The notes beneath the pieces are model-generated. The model was not told where the DNA came from. It saw nothing but the letters and a program-made list of their open reading frames with translations, and ran no database searches. A stretch of 64,000 nucleotides of DNA from the human T2T-CHM13v2.0 reference genome, Homo sapiens: the NCBI RefSeq assembly GCF_009914755.1, contig NC_060931.1; one strand, given 5' to 3'. Positions 1 to 10,257 of the stretch are shown here, piece after piece. Every line of letters starts with the position of its first letter. Position 1 is the stretch's first letter. Both the position numbers and the translations under genes were made by a program.

Positions 1-699
1 AAGTGTCAGCAGCACTTGGGCAGTCCCCCAGATGGCAGGACACAGCTCTGCCCAGCCTCCTCAGCCCACCCCAGGTCCGCTCCAGCCCCGTCTCAGCCAC
101 TTCCCTCTAATGCTGTTTCCCAGGCAGCTGCCTTTGTGGCAGTGTCATTTCACCAGGAAAAACTTGACCATTCCTGGCCCTGGGCTGGCTGTGCTTGAAA
201 AAGGAAAAACGCAAGGGGGAGGGGTAGAGATGGAGCCCACGAGCCTGCGGGATTAGGTTCTCTTGAGGTCAGCCACAGTCCTGCTGAAAGCTGCTCCAGC
301 AGTTGCCTGAATGAACCGGGGCGGTGGCCAGCCTCTAGGGCTGGGTCATGTGACAGGGAAGGAGTCTTGTAGTGGTGGTCTCAGTGGGAACAAGAGCCGT
401 TCCTGGGCAGAGGAACCAGCTGGAATCCACCACCCCAAAATCCCCGCCAGCCCACCAGAGAACTTGAGCAAAAGGATGCGATCACTCCCAGGCAGGCTCT
501 ACTCAGCCTCTGGGTCCTGCTGGGGAGGACCCGCCTTGACTCAGAACAAGCCCCTGAAGTCTTAGAGAGCAGAAATCTGAGGCAGAAAACAAGAGAAAAG
601 AGAAAACCATGTGTCCTTAGAATGCTGGAAGAGAAGGGAGTGAGGCCCTTCCTGGCAGGCCACCTGGGGATTTGTGGTGGGCTCCAGAGAGGAAGGCCC

Positions 700-713
700 C
701 TGCCCTCTGGTGG
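700..713 (-). promoter_or_regulatory. Candidate CTCF site (SND1 intron)
   Basis: Minus strand reads CCACCAGAGGGCAG, a close match to the CTCF core CCASYAGRKGGCRS. Confidence 0.6.
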
Positions 714-2391
714 CTCCATGGTATCCATGGAGATGAACCTCAGGATCCACAGCCCCCTCTCTGCTGAAACCTTTCATCCCCTCTTGGGTGGCATCCTCTC
801 ACCCTGTCTCCCTTCTTTCAATTAGAGTCTGTCTTCAAGAGGGATCTGACGAAAACATTGCCATTAGCTGCAAATGACCAGTGAGGCTCTGTAAGGACCT
901 CCCAGAGGGCTTTGCCTGTTGGCAGGAGGCAAAGTCCTGCTTCTGTTGCCTTGGAGCAAAAAAAATGAAAGTAGACCAAGTTAGGGAGGAAGCTGTCTGT
1001 CAAGGCTTCTTAATCCCTGGAATTTCACTGTCTATGGCAAGGAGCACTGTCTAAAGAGAATTATAGAGGGCTGACCACTGGGTAGGGAGAGGGGCGGCTG
1101 CTACCTTCAGGCCTCTGTCGTGTGGATGCAGGACCAGTGGCCTCTGCAGCAGCTTAAGAGTGGACATACATCCCTGCATGCTTATGCAGTTTATTTTCAA
1201 TGCAGCTGAATTATTAAGCACCCTGCATGCATTGGGGATTCTACCAGGCTTTGTGCAAGTAAACAGAAAGAAGTGAGCTATGCTCTATGCCCTGAAGGAG
1301 CTCACAGTATAGTAGCAGGGAACTTATAAGGCTGACTGTGGCAAGTGTAACAACAGACATATGTTGCGCCCTCCTTACAGCACTGCCTTGGGCCTGAAGA
1401 TAAAGAGAGGAGCCCCACACTTAGACCACAGATCCACAGTCACCCTCCTTGCTTCTGAGACGCAAGGGGCAAAAAAGGTCTGAGACTGAGCTAGAATCAG
1501 GGCCAGAAGGGACTGATGCCTCCCAGAGTCAGGGTGGGAGAATTCTACAAGGAGCCAGGGAGAGAAACTGAGTAGGCCCTGGGTGTTGCTAAAACAGGCA
1601 AAAGCAGCAAATAAGCAGCAGGACCACTGACCCAAGGTCAGAGTGCTTAGGGAAAGACAAGGCAGGGAATCCCTCCTCCTGTGGCGCAGGGGCCCTGAGT
1701 AGCAGGGTGGGACAGTACAGCCCCAGCCCAGCAGCACTGGAAGTCCTGTTCAGCATGTATCTTGCAGGGTGACAAGGGTCAGAGGGGCCAAGTTTGAATA
1801 ATACTGAGGCTCTAGGCCCTGATCCAAGAATTCCTCCCCCACCTTCCATGGCTTCAATTCTGGGGCCTTTTCCACGGTGGTGTGGGGCCCATCCTTCATC
1901 CCTACTTTTGCCCCCTGAAAGACAGTAGACAGTGGCTTCTGTCAGTTACCACCTCTGTGGCCCAGGCCAGGAGCTGGCCTTGCAGGAATGGGGTACGGGC
2001 TGGCCAGCTCTCACCCTGGAGGAGGCTGTTTGGATTGTCCTTGCTCCCTGTCTACTTTCTTTCTCCACCTCCTTAATCAAAGCTCAGGCACATCCCAAGG
2101 GCTCCCACACCCTGGGCCAGCAGACTGGAGAGCTGAGATGGCAAGGCTGTGTGTGCCTTTAAGGCCCAACATGTCAGCAAGTCACCAGTCCCACTTCTGA
2201 AGGCAGATGGCATGAAACCTCTGGAGTGGAGACCAAGAGGGCTTCCCCGCATGGGTTGGGGACAGAGCCAGTGCTGCAGTGCCCCCCAGAATTTTACATT
2301 GAGCTCCCTCCCCAACCACTCCCAGAAAAACCCTGCTGAGCCGTCGAGGAACCCAGCACCCAGGTCTCACTGTGCTCTTCCTCCCTGGCAG

Positions 2392-2515
2392 GCACCCAGT
2401 TGGAGAAGCTGATGGAGAACATGCGCAATGACATTGCCAGTCACCCCCCTGTAGAGGGCTCCTATGCCCCCCGCAGGGGAGAGTTCTGCATTGCCAAATT
2501 TGTAGATGGAGAATG
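2392..2515 (+). CDS. SND1: SND1 coding exon (exon 19 by recalled numbering), ~aa 704-745, start of Tudor domain
   Basis: Pyrimidine tract and CAG acceptor at 2389-2391; donor TG|GTAAG at 2516. Translates (G)[40 protein letters not shown](W), recognised as human SND1; 124 nt. Confidence 0.97.
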
Positions 2516-3378
2516 GTAAGCCACTTGGAAAAGCAAGGCAGAGTCTTGAGCAGGAACGATAGCAGGGCTGTCCTCAGGCCTCAGGTGTTGCCTTAGCAGT
2601 CTGGTTTCCCCAGCTGGTTAATGATGGCCCCTAGCAGCTCTCCTGGGTGTCCCTCTTCATTGCCCACAGCCCATCTGGGGCCTTGCTCTGGCCTGTGCAC
2701 CCCTGCAGTCCAGCCAGACAGAAGTGGCTCCTTCCTTGTCTCCTGGGGGATTCCAGGGTGGGAGCCCTTGCTGGCTGGCTGGCTGGCCGGCCGGCCAGGC
2801 TGTCCAGCACACCCCTCACCCCACCCAGGAAGAATGATGTTACAGGGGGCTGAGGTAGAGGCTGGGCTACAGTAAGCCTAAACCAGCTGCCCGACCCTCT
2901 TCCCCGGCTGTCTAGGACATGAGCAGCAGTGCTCACAGGCCGGAAGAAGGTCGCTGATGTGTAATCTACCAAGGGAGGGCCCATGGCCTTCCCAGGGTGA
3001 CGAAGTGACTTGGATATGTTCCCTGCTGCGGCCTCCCAGGCAGATCTGCTGGCTAATTACAGCTGCTGTTTAGTGCACTGGGTTTAAACAGCAGACATCA
3101 ATCTAGTCATTAGTCTTGTTGCTTTATGCCCCAAGGACACATTAATCTGCTCCACATGCTCCTTTCTCCCTCTTCTGCTCCCAGCTATGCTCTGATTCCA
3201 TTAGGTGGTGACCACAGTGGCCGAGGCTGGGCCTAGATGGAGTGCAGTTACTGTCCCCTGTGACACCCGTTGAACCCAGGCAGGGAAATGCTGTGCCCCT
3301 GCCCCGCCATTGCTGAGGCTCTGGGAGCCCAGAGTCCTCAGGGCTGTCTCTTGAGCTCTGCCCATGATGCCATTGCAG

Positions 3379-3448
3379 GTACCGTGCCCGAGTAGAGAAA
3401 GTCGAGTCTCCTGCCAAAATACATGTCTTCTACATTGACTACGGCAAC
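3379..3448 (+). CDS. SND1: SND1 coding exon 20, Tudor core (W)[23 protein letters not shown]
   Basis: ttgcag| acceptor and |GTGAGT donor; 70 nt; completes the TG+G Trp codon from the previous exon; contains the Tudor motifs WYRA and FYIDYGN. Confidence 0.97.
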
Positions 3449-4605
3449 GTGAGTGTTGGGGACCAGAGTGTTGGAGGGGCTATCAAACACAGCAGCCCCC
3501 GAGTCAAATCCATCTGATCTCTCCAAGGTCCCTCTGAGCTTACCAATAGAACAATGAGCATTGGGGCATCTCTGCTGTGCGTGTAACAGGCCAGGCCCCC
3601 TCAGTGACCTGGCAAAACTGGGGTCTATGACCAGTGGCTGCAAGCACTGATAGGTCCCGCATCCAGACCCCACGGATGAGTGTCCAGCCACACCCACAGT
3701 TCCTCTTCTGCCTGAGGTCTCTGCAGAATGGGGGCAGGGCCTCTGTAGCACATGGAGGGCCTTTACACCCACAGTTCCTGGTGTTCAAGCCAAACTGGGT
3801 GTTTGTTCCATGCGCTAATCCCCGGCACATCCCCAAACTCAGGTTTGCTGGGAAGGGACAGTCACAAGGTGACAGTGACTGACTGGCACCCTTGGGAGAA
3901 AAATTTCTCCGGCTGGGCCTGGGAGTCTGTTGACAACTCCTGGGAGATTCTCTTGAGGAACAGCAGCCAGCTGGTGAGAAAACTGTCATTCAGGAGGGTG
4001 ACGCTCCTGAGTCATGGCACTGCTTGTCTGCGTACCTCCCATGCCTTCCTCAAGTACTAGGACTGAGGATCTGTTAGTAGAGAGCCCAGAGTTGGGCCAT
4101 GCTCCCAACCCATCTCCTGGGAATACACAAAGGAAGAGGTCCTGCCAGACAAGGGTGAACCCAGATGCCTGGGCCAGAACCACAGGCAGGCCCGGTGACC
4201 ACAGGGATACTTGTCTTGGTGTGCTCCCCTAGCCAGCAGCTGGAGAACCCCCTGGCCTGTGGGAACGTAGTCAGGGAACCCATGTCACAGACAGAAGGGC
4301 ATTGGGAGGAAATGGAAAAGCGATTAGAGTCCAGTTATACTGCGATTGTTTTCATGGGAACCACTAGGTGTGCCAGCACCAGGCCCAGAGTGAGCTCCCC
4401 ATCTACTGCTGGACCAGCAGGGCACGTTCTCTCCAGGCTTCACCCACTGGGGAGCCTTTGTACATTGCAAAGTGGAACCAAGTCATGGGATGAACAGGGT
4501 GGCCCAGAGTTAGCATTCCCAGAGGCCTGGCCACAGAGAGCTGTCCTGTGAGAGAGCAAGGGGGCAGCGAGTATGTGACATGTTGGCCTGCTGCTTCCTC
4601 TGCAG

Positions 4606-4719
4606 AGAGAGGTCCTGCCATCCACCCGCCTGGGTACCCTATCACCTGCCTTCAGCACTCGGGTGCTGCCAGCTCAAGCCACGGAGTATGCCTTCGCCTT
4701 CATCCAGGTGCCCCAAGAT
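4606..4719 (+). CDS. SND1: SND1 coding exon 21 [38 protein letters not shown]
   Basis: cttcctctgcag| acceptor, |GTGAGT donor; 114 nt, phase 0-0, in frame with neighbouring exons. Confidence 0.97.
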
Positions 4720-4829
4720 GTGAGTCTGGAGTCTTCCTCCTTCCAAAGGGGACTATCCACTGACACTTAGCCGCTGCAGCAGCCCTCATGGGCTGACAGG
4801 AGAAGATGGAAACTATGATGGTCTCTTAG

Positions 4830-5700
4830 TAATAGTACTCAAGAGATGGGAAGTTGAGGAAGATGCCACCGAGGAGGTAGTATTAGAGCATTCCAGCTAG
4901 TTCATAGAAGCAGGTAGGCCAGGGTGCATTTGGACAAAGACTAGACCACCACAGCTGGATCCCAGGGGGCTTTTGGGCAGTGGCAGGAGGTGATCAGGCA
5001 GTGGCAGGAGGTGAGATGGGAAAGGGCTTGGTGTCGTGGGGTTGTCTACCCTGGCAAGGAGTTTATTCTTTGTGCTGTATAGGCAGGAGGAATGTGGCAC
5101 CATTTCTAGGAGAAGTGTGACATGGTCCAGTGTGTTTCTGAAAGTTAGTTCTGATGGCACAGTGAACAGAGGGACTAGAATGAATGGGTGGGAGACAATT
5201 GTAACAGTCCAGGCTAGAGACAAAGGTGGTGCTGGGTTTCTTATGTGTGGATGTGTTGCTGTTGGCCAAGAAGAATGAGAAGGAGCGAATTTGGGCAGTG
5301 GGACCTCCAGGCAGCCTTACAGTTTTCAGTTGGGGAGTGAGATGAGACCTGGAATTTATGGGTCTGTGTAGTTAAAACCATGCGGTGTACAAGATTGCCC
5401 AGATTGAGTATGTGGAAGGTGTGATGGGGAGGAGAGAGAGTGTTAGGAAGTGCTGGGGTCCTGCCATCTGAGAACAGGAGCCCAGAGGCAGCATATGCAG
5501 CCAGAAAGGAGAGAACCCATGCTGAGGGTCGTGGATACCCTCTATCCCCAGAAACAGAAAGCCAGTCTACAATGTCCAGATCCCCCAGGAGCTCAGGCAG
5601 GTTGAGGCTTCCCAGGGGCTGCCCTTGGCTTTAGCTTTGAGAAGGTGCCTGGTACCTGGAGTGAGAGCTGCGTGATCACCATGGTTGGCACTGTCACCAG
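4830..5700 (-). mobile_element. Degenerate L2 fragments
   Basis: Purine-rich, decayed L2-like phrases (e.g. gggagacaattgtaacagtccaggctagagacaaaggtgg); boundaries approximate. Confidence 0.55.
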
Positions 5701-5833
5701 ATAAAGGGTGCAAATGAAGAATAAGCAAATTTACTCTTTACCTTTTCACAAAGTTGCTGAAGGTCAGGAGAGATGCAACAGAAAATGCTGAAGGCAAGTA
5801 TCACAAAACACGTCGGTGAAGACAGACATGTGG

Positions 5834-6111
5834 AGTCAGGTGCAGTGGCTCACGCCTGTAATCCCAGCATAGGAGGCCAAGCAGGGAGGACTGCTTGAGC
5901 CCAGGTGTTCAAAACCACCCTGGGCAACATAGCAAGACCCTGTCTCTAAAAAAAAAAAAAAAAAAAAATAGCTGGGTGTGGTGGCACACGCCTGTACTCC
6001 CAGCTAGTCCCAGCTATTCAGGAGACTGCGGTGAGAGGATCGCTCGAGCCCACAAGTTCAAGGTTGCAGTGAGATGATGACACCACTGCACTCTGGCCAG
6101 TCCCTATCTCT
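5834..6111 (+). mobile_element. AluJ-type element; its tail continues at 6433-6447 after a nested Alu
   Basis: Alu left and right arms with J-type text (gcttgagcccagg, gggcaacatagcaagaccctgtctct). Confidence 0.85.
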
Positions 6112-6112
6112 C

Positions 6113-6418
6113 TTTTTTTTTTTTTTTTTTTTTTTTGAGATGAATTCTTGCTTTGTCACCCAGGCTAGAGTGCAGTGGCACAATCTCGGCTCACTGCAAC
6201 CTCTCCCTCCCAGGTTGAAGTGATTCTCCCACCTCAGCCTTCCGAGTAGCTGGGATTATAAGTGCCCGCCACCACGCCCAGCTAATTTTTGTATTTTCAG
6301 TAGAGACAGGGTTTCACCATGTTGGCCAGGCTGGTCTTGAACTCCTGACCTCAGGTCACCCACCCACCTCGGCCTCCCAAAGTGCTGGGATTACAGGCAT
6401 GAGCCACCACACCTGGCC
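6113..6418 (-). mobile_element. AluS inserted antisense into the 3' end of the AluJ
   Basis: Full-length antisense Alu with poly(T); TSD AGTCCCTRTCTCT at 6099-6111 and 6420-6432. Confidence 0.9.
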
Positions 6419-6719
6419 TAGTCCCTGTCTCTTTAAAAAAAAAAAAGACAGAGACACAGGATGTCATGGACATAGTGCACTGGAGCAAGGTCCTGCTGGA
6501 GGAAGGAAGTGAAAGGGCACCAAGTGTAGGTGAGCTTTGAGTGGGAAGAAGTCACTTTTTCTCGGAGACACAGGGCAGGTGGGTGGGAGCACAGGGTAGG
6601 AAAGAAAGGGGTCACTTGCAAATAGTCTCTGGCTGAGGGCAAGGAAAAGAAAAGGGGAAGGCTTCCTATCCAGAGCCTGTTTCTGCCTCACTAGGGTTCT
6701 TTCTGGTTTGTGTTTTTTT

Positions 6720-7019
6720 GTTTTTTTGGTATTTTTTTGAGGCCAAGTCTCACTCTGTCACCCAGGCAGGAGTGCAGTGGCGCAATCTTGGCTCACTGCA
6801 GCCTCCGCCTCCTAGCTTCAAGCGATTCTCGTGCCGCAGTTTCCCAAGTAGCTGGGATTACAGGCATGCACCCCATGCCCAGCTAATTTTTGTGTTTTTG
6901 GTAGAGATGGGGTTTCACTGTGTTGGCCAGGCTGGTCGCCAACTCCTGGCCTCAAGGGGTCCACCCACCTCAGCCTCCCAAAGTGCTGGGATTACAGGCA
7001 TGAGCCACCGTGCCTGGCC
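6720..7019 (-). mobile_element. Alu (J/S), antisense, 135 bp upstream of exon 22
   Basis: T-rich tail followed by Alu consensus ending gcctggcc. Confidence 0.9.
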
Positions 7020-7154
7020 AACCTCACTAGGGTTCTCTGGGGAGAAAATTACAGGCCCCTGCTGGCCAGACTTTCTTGGGAGTCTATGGACAGGAGCTGG
7101 GGCCCAAGTGGTTGTTCTCTGGCTTGCTCTGACCTGAGTGTGTCTCTGCTCCAG

Positions 7155-7358
7155 GATGATGCCCGCACGGACGCCGTGGACAGCGTAGTTCGGGATATCC
7201 AGAACACTCAGTGCCTGCTCAACGTGGAACACCTGAGTGCCGGCTGCCCCCATGTCACCCTGCAGTTTGCAGATTCCAAGGGCGATGTGGGGCTGGGCTT
7301 GGTGAAGGAAGGGCTGGTCATGGTGGAGGTGCGCAAGGAGAAACAGTTCCAGAAAGTG
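7155..7358 (+). CDS. SND1: SND1 coding exon 22 [27 protein letters not shown]...[12 protein letters not shown]
   Basis: ctccag| acceptor, |GTATGT donor; 204 nt, phase 0-0; lies inside ORF 7086..7472. Confidence 0.97.
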
Positions 7359-8649
7359 GTATGTGATGTGGAGAGGCGGCCCCAGCATTGCGCCACCACC
7401 CTCACAGAGAAAGGGACTGTTCCACAAGCCAGGAAGGGAGCAGGGAATCCACCATCCTGCTGTTCCTGCTGAGGAAAGATAATGGATTTGGGTTTGTTGG
7501 CGTTTTTTTGTTTTTGTTTTAAAGCTAATTACATCCCAAATTAATTGGCTGCGGGTTTGGCTGAGAATGCAGCTGCAAACTAGAGCGGAAAGCTTCCCTC
7601 CCCATGTACCCCCAGGTGACAGGCGAGAAAGCTTTGCCAGGGGCTATGTGGAGAGGGTCAAGGCCTGTCCCTCCCGCTCTCCCAGTCTCACTGTCCAACA
7701 GACAGCTTCCAAGTCAATAACCAACTCCTAACACCCAGTGCCACCCCGAGCCAGAGCTGTCGAGGAGGCAGCACCAAAGGGCCCAGAAAGACTGCCACAC
7801 AACCCTCTGGCTATTTGGAAAGCCCCTTGGACTTGGAGTCCTGCCTCCACTGTTCTGAGAGGAGAAGCCAGCCTCCTGAGCCCCATCTCCCTGCTTATGA
7901 AGTGAGGGGAGGACTAGCTGCCTTGCCACTTCTCAGGGCTGATCGTGACAATCAGTGCGCTCGTACCTGAGAAACAGCTTGCACTGAGCAGCCTTTGGTG
8001 ATTAGCTTTGGGCTCTGGATACAAGGCAGCCCCTTCCACCCAACACTATACATTTCTGAGTCCCTCTCTACCCTTTCACCAAGCAGCCACTGAGGCCCTA
8101 TTGCAGACCAGCCCTGCGTCCCAGCTGGGCTGAATCAGCGAACCATCCAAGAGGGCCAGACTTGGGGAAGCTCGGGCCCCCGACAGAGCTGCCGTCTCCT
8201 GGCAGAAAGTGATGAGAGGGCAGCAGGATGTGGCCAGCTTCTCCCTATGTTCCTTCAGAGACAGGGGCAAGAAAGGCGGGGCATGAAAACCAAACACTTT
8301 CCTCCTCTTCATCTCTCTTCCATTCGCCCACTGCTCTCCCTTCTCCCAGCCCTCCTGGCCTTTCCTCTCTCCCCACCACACCACAAGCCCACATAATGTG
8401 TCGGTGGCTGTGCAGGCTGACGACTCACTGGAACAAGACACCCCTGTGGACTGCCGCTGTGTCTCAAGAGAAGCCCGACCCCTAAGCCCCTCTGGATAGA
8501 CCCCCACTTTCCTTAGGAGATGGCTCCTAGGAGGTCAGCTTCAGCCTCCCTATAGAATTGGAGATCTTATTGTACCCCATATGAAACTGCCCATAATGCC
8601 CCTGCTATCTAGAAAATTCCTTCTGCCGCAGTCCCTGAGATAAACACCT

Positions 8650-9440
<791 letters not shown>

Positions 9441-9502
9441 TCCTGCTGGCTGATCATTTGAGGGCAACTCTGACCACTCCCTTTCTTCTCTCGTCCCTCC
9501 AG

Positions 9503-9547
9503 ATCACAGAATACCTGAATGCCCAAGAGTCAGCCAAGAGCGCCAGG
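9503..9547 (+). CDS. SND1: SND1 coding exon 23 ITEYLNAQESAKSAR
   Basis: Long pyrimidine tract with cag| acceptor, AGG|GTGAGT donor; 45 nt. Confidence 0.97.
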
Positions 9548-9658
9548 GTGAGTTCTTACCTTGGGAGCCCCCAGAGGGTACCGAGTTGAGGGGTTTGGCC
9601 CTCTGAGTTCCGGTGGGTCCCGTATCCCTGAAGAGCTATTGTCTGTTTTTTCTTACAG

Positions 9659-9724
9659 CTGAACCTGTGGCGCTATGGAGACTTTCGAGCTGATGATGCA
9701 GACGAATTTGGCTACAGCCGCTAA
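9659..9724 (+). CDS. SND1: SND1 terminal coding exon [21 protein letters not shown]
   Basis: ttttttcttacag| acceptor; TAA at 9722-9724; matches the recalled SND1 C-terminus. Confidence 0.97.
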   Translation: MNLWRYGDFRADDADEFGYSR

Positions 9725-10257
9725 GGAGGGGATCGGGTTTGGCCCCCAGCCCCGCTCACGCCAGTCCCTCTTCCTCTGCCGGGAGGGTGTTTTCAACTCC
9801 AAACCCCAGAGAGGGGTTGTAGATTGGGTCCAGCTTTGCTTCAGTGTGTGGAAATGTCTCGTGGGGTGGCATCGGGGCTGCGGGGTGGGGACCCCAAGGC
9901 TTTCTGGGGCAGACCCTTGTCCTCTGGGATGATGGGCACTGCTATCCACAGTCTCTGCCAGTTGGTTTTATTTGGAGGTTTGTGGGCTTTTTTAAAAAAA
10001 AAAAAGTCCTCAAATCAGGAAGAAACATCAAAGACTATGTCCTAGTGGAGGGAGTAATCCTAACACCCAGGCTGGCCGCCAGCTGGCACCTGCCTCTATC
10101 CCAGACTGCCCTCGTCCCAGCTCTCTGTCCAACTGTTGATTATGTGATTTTTCTGATACGTCCATTCTCAAATGCCAGTGTGTTCACATCTTCGCTCTGG
10201 CCAGCCCATTCTGTATTTAAAGCTTTTGAGGCCCAATAAAATAGTACGTGCTGTCTG
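9725..10257 (+). other. SND1: SND1 3'UTR (end approximate)
   Basis: Follows the stop codon; end placed ~15-20 nt after AATAAA at 10235-10240. Confidence 0.85.
10235..10240 (+). terminator. SND1 polyadenylation signal AATAAA
   Basis: First canonical hexamer seen after the stop codon; upstream TGTA (CFIm-type) at 10212-10215; GT-containing sequence downstream. Confidence 0.88.

Noticed and set aside
1-2391. MIR593, LRRC4 or other SND1-intronic genes; MIR129-1 and LEP downstream
   Set aside because: I could not find their recalled sequences in the window; they are expected to lie outside it.
4652-4668. REST/RE1-like TTCAGCAC and a CAGCAC-TCGG-GTGCTG hairpin in exon 21
   Set aside because: The right RE1 half-site GGACAG is absent, and a 6-bp stem is expected by chance.
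4976-5015. Short tandem duplications (21-bp period here and at ~60287-60322; GTGTTGAGTGC at ~36250-36283)
   Set aside because: Ordinary slippage duplications with no further structure.
6718-7137. Alu-derived ORFs here and at 15413, 20842, 22668, 37759, 51857, 54385 and 61434
   Set aside because: Standard Alu translations (e.g. [18 protein letters not shown]).
7086-7472. 128-aa ORF as a standalone gene
   Set aside because: It is SND1 exon 22 plus intronic flanks.
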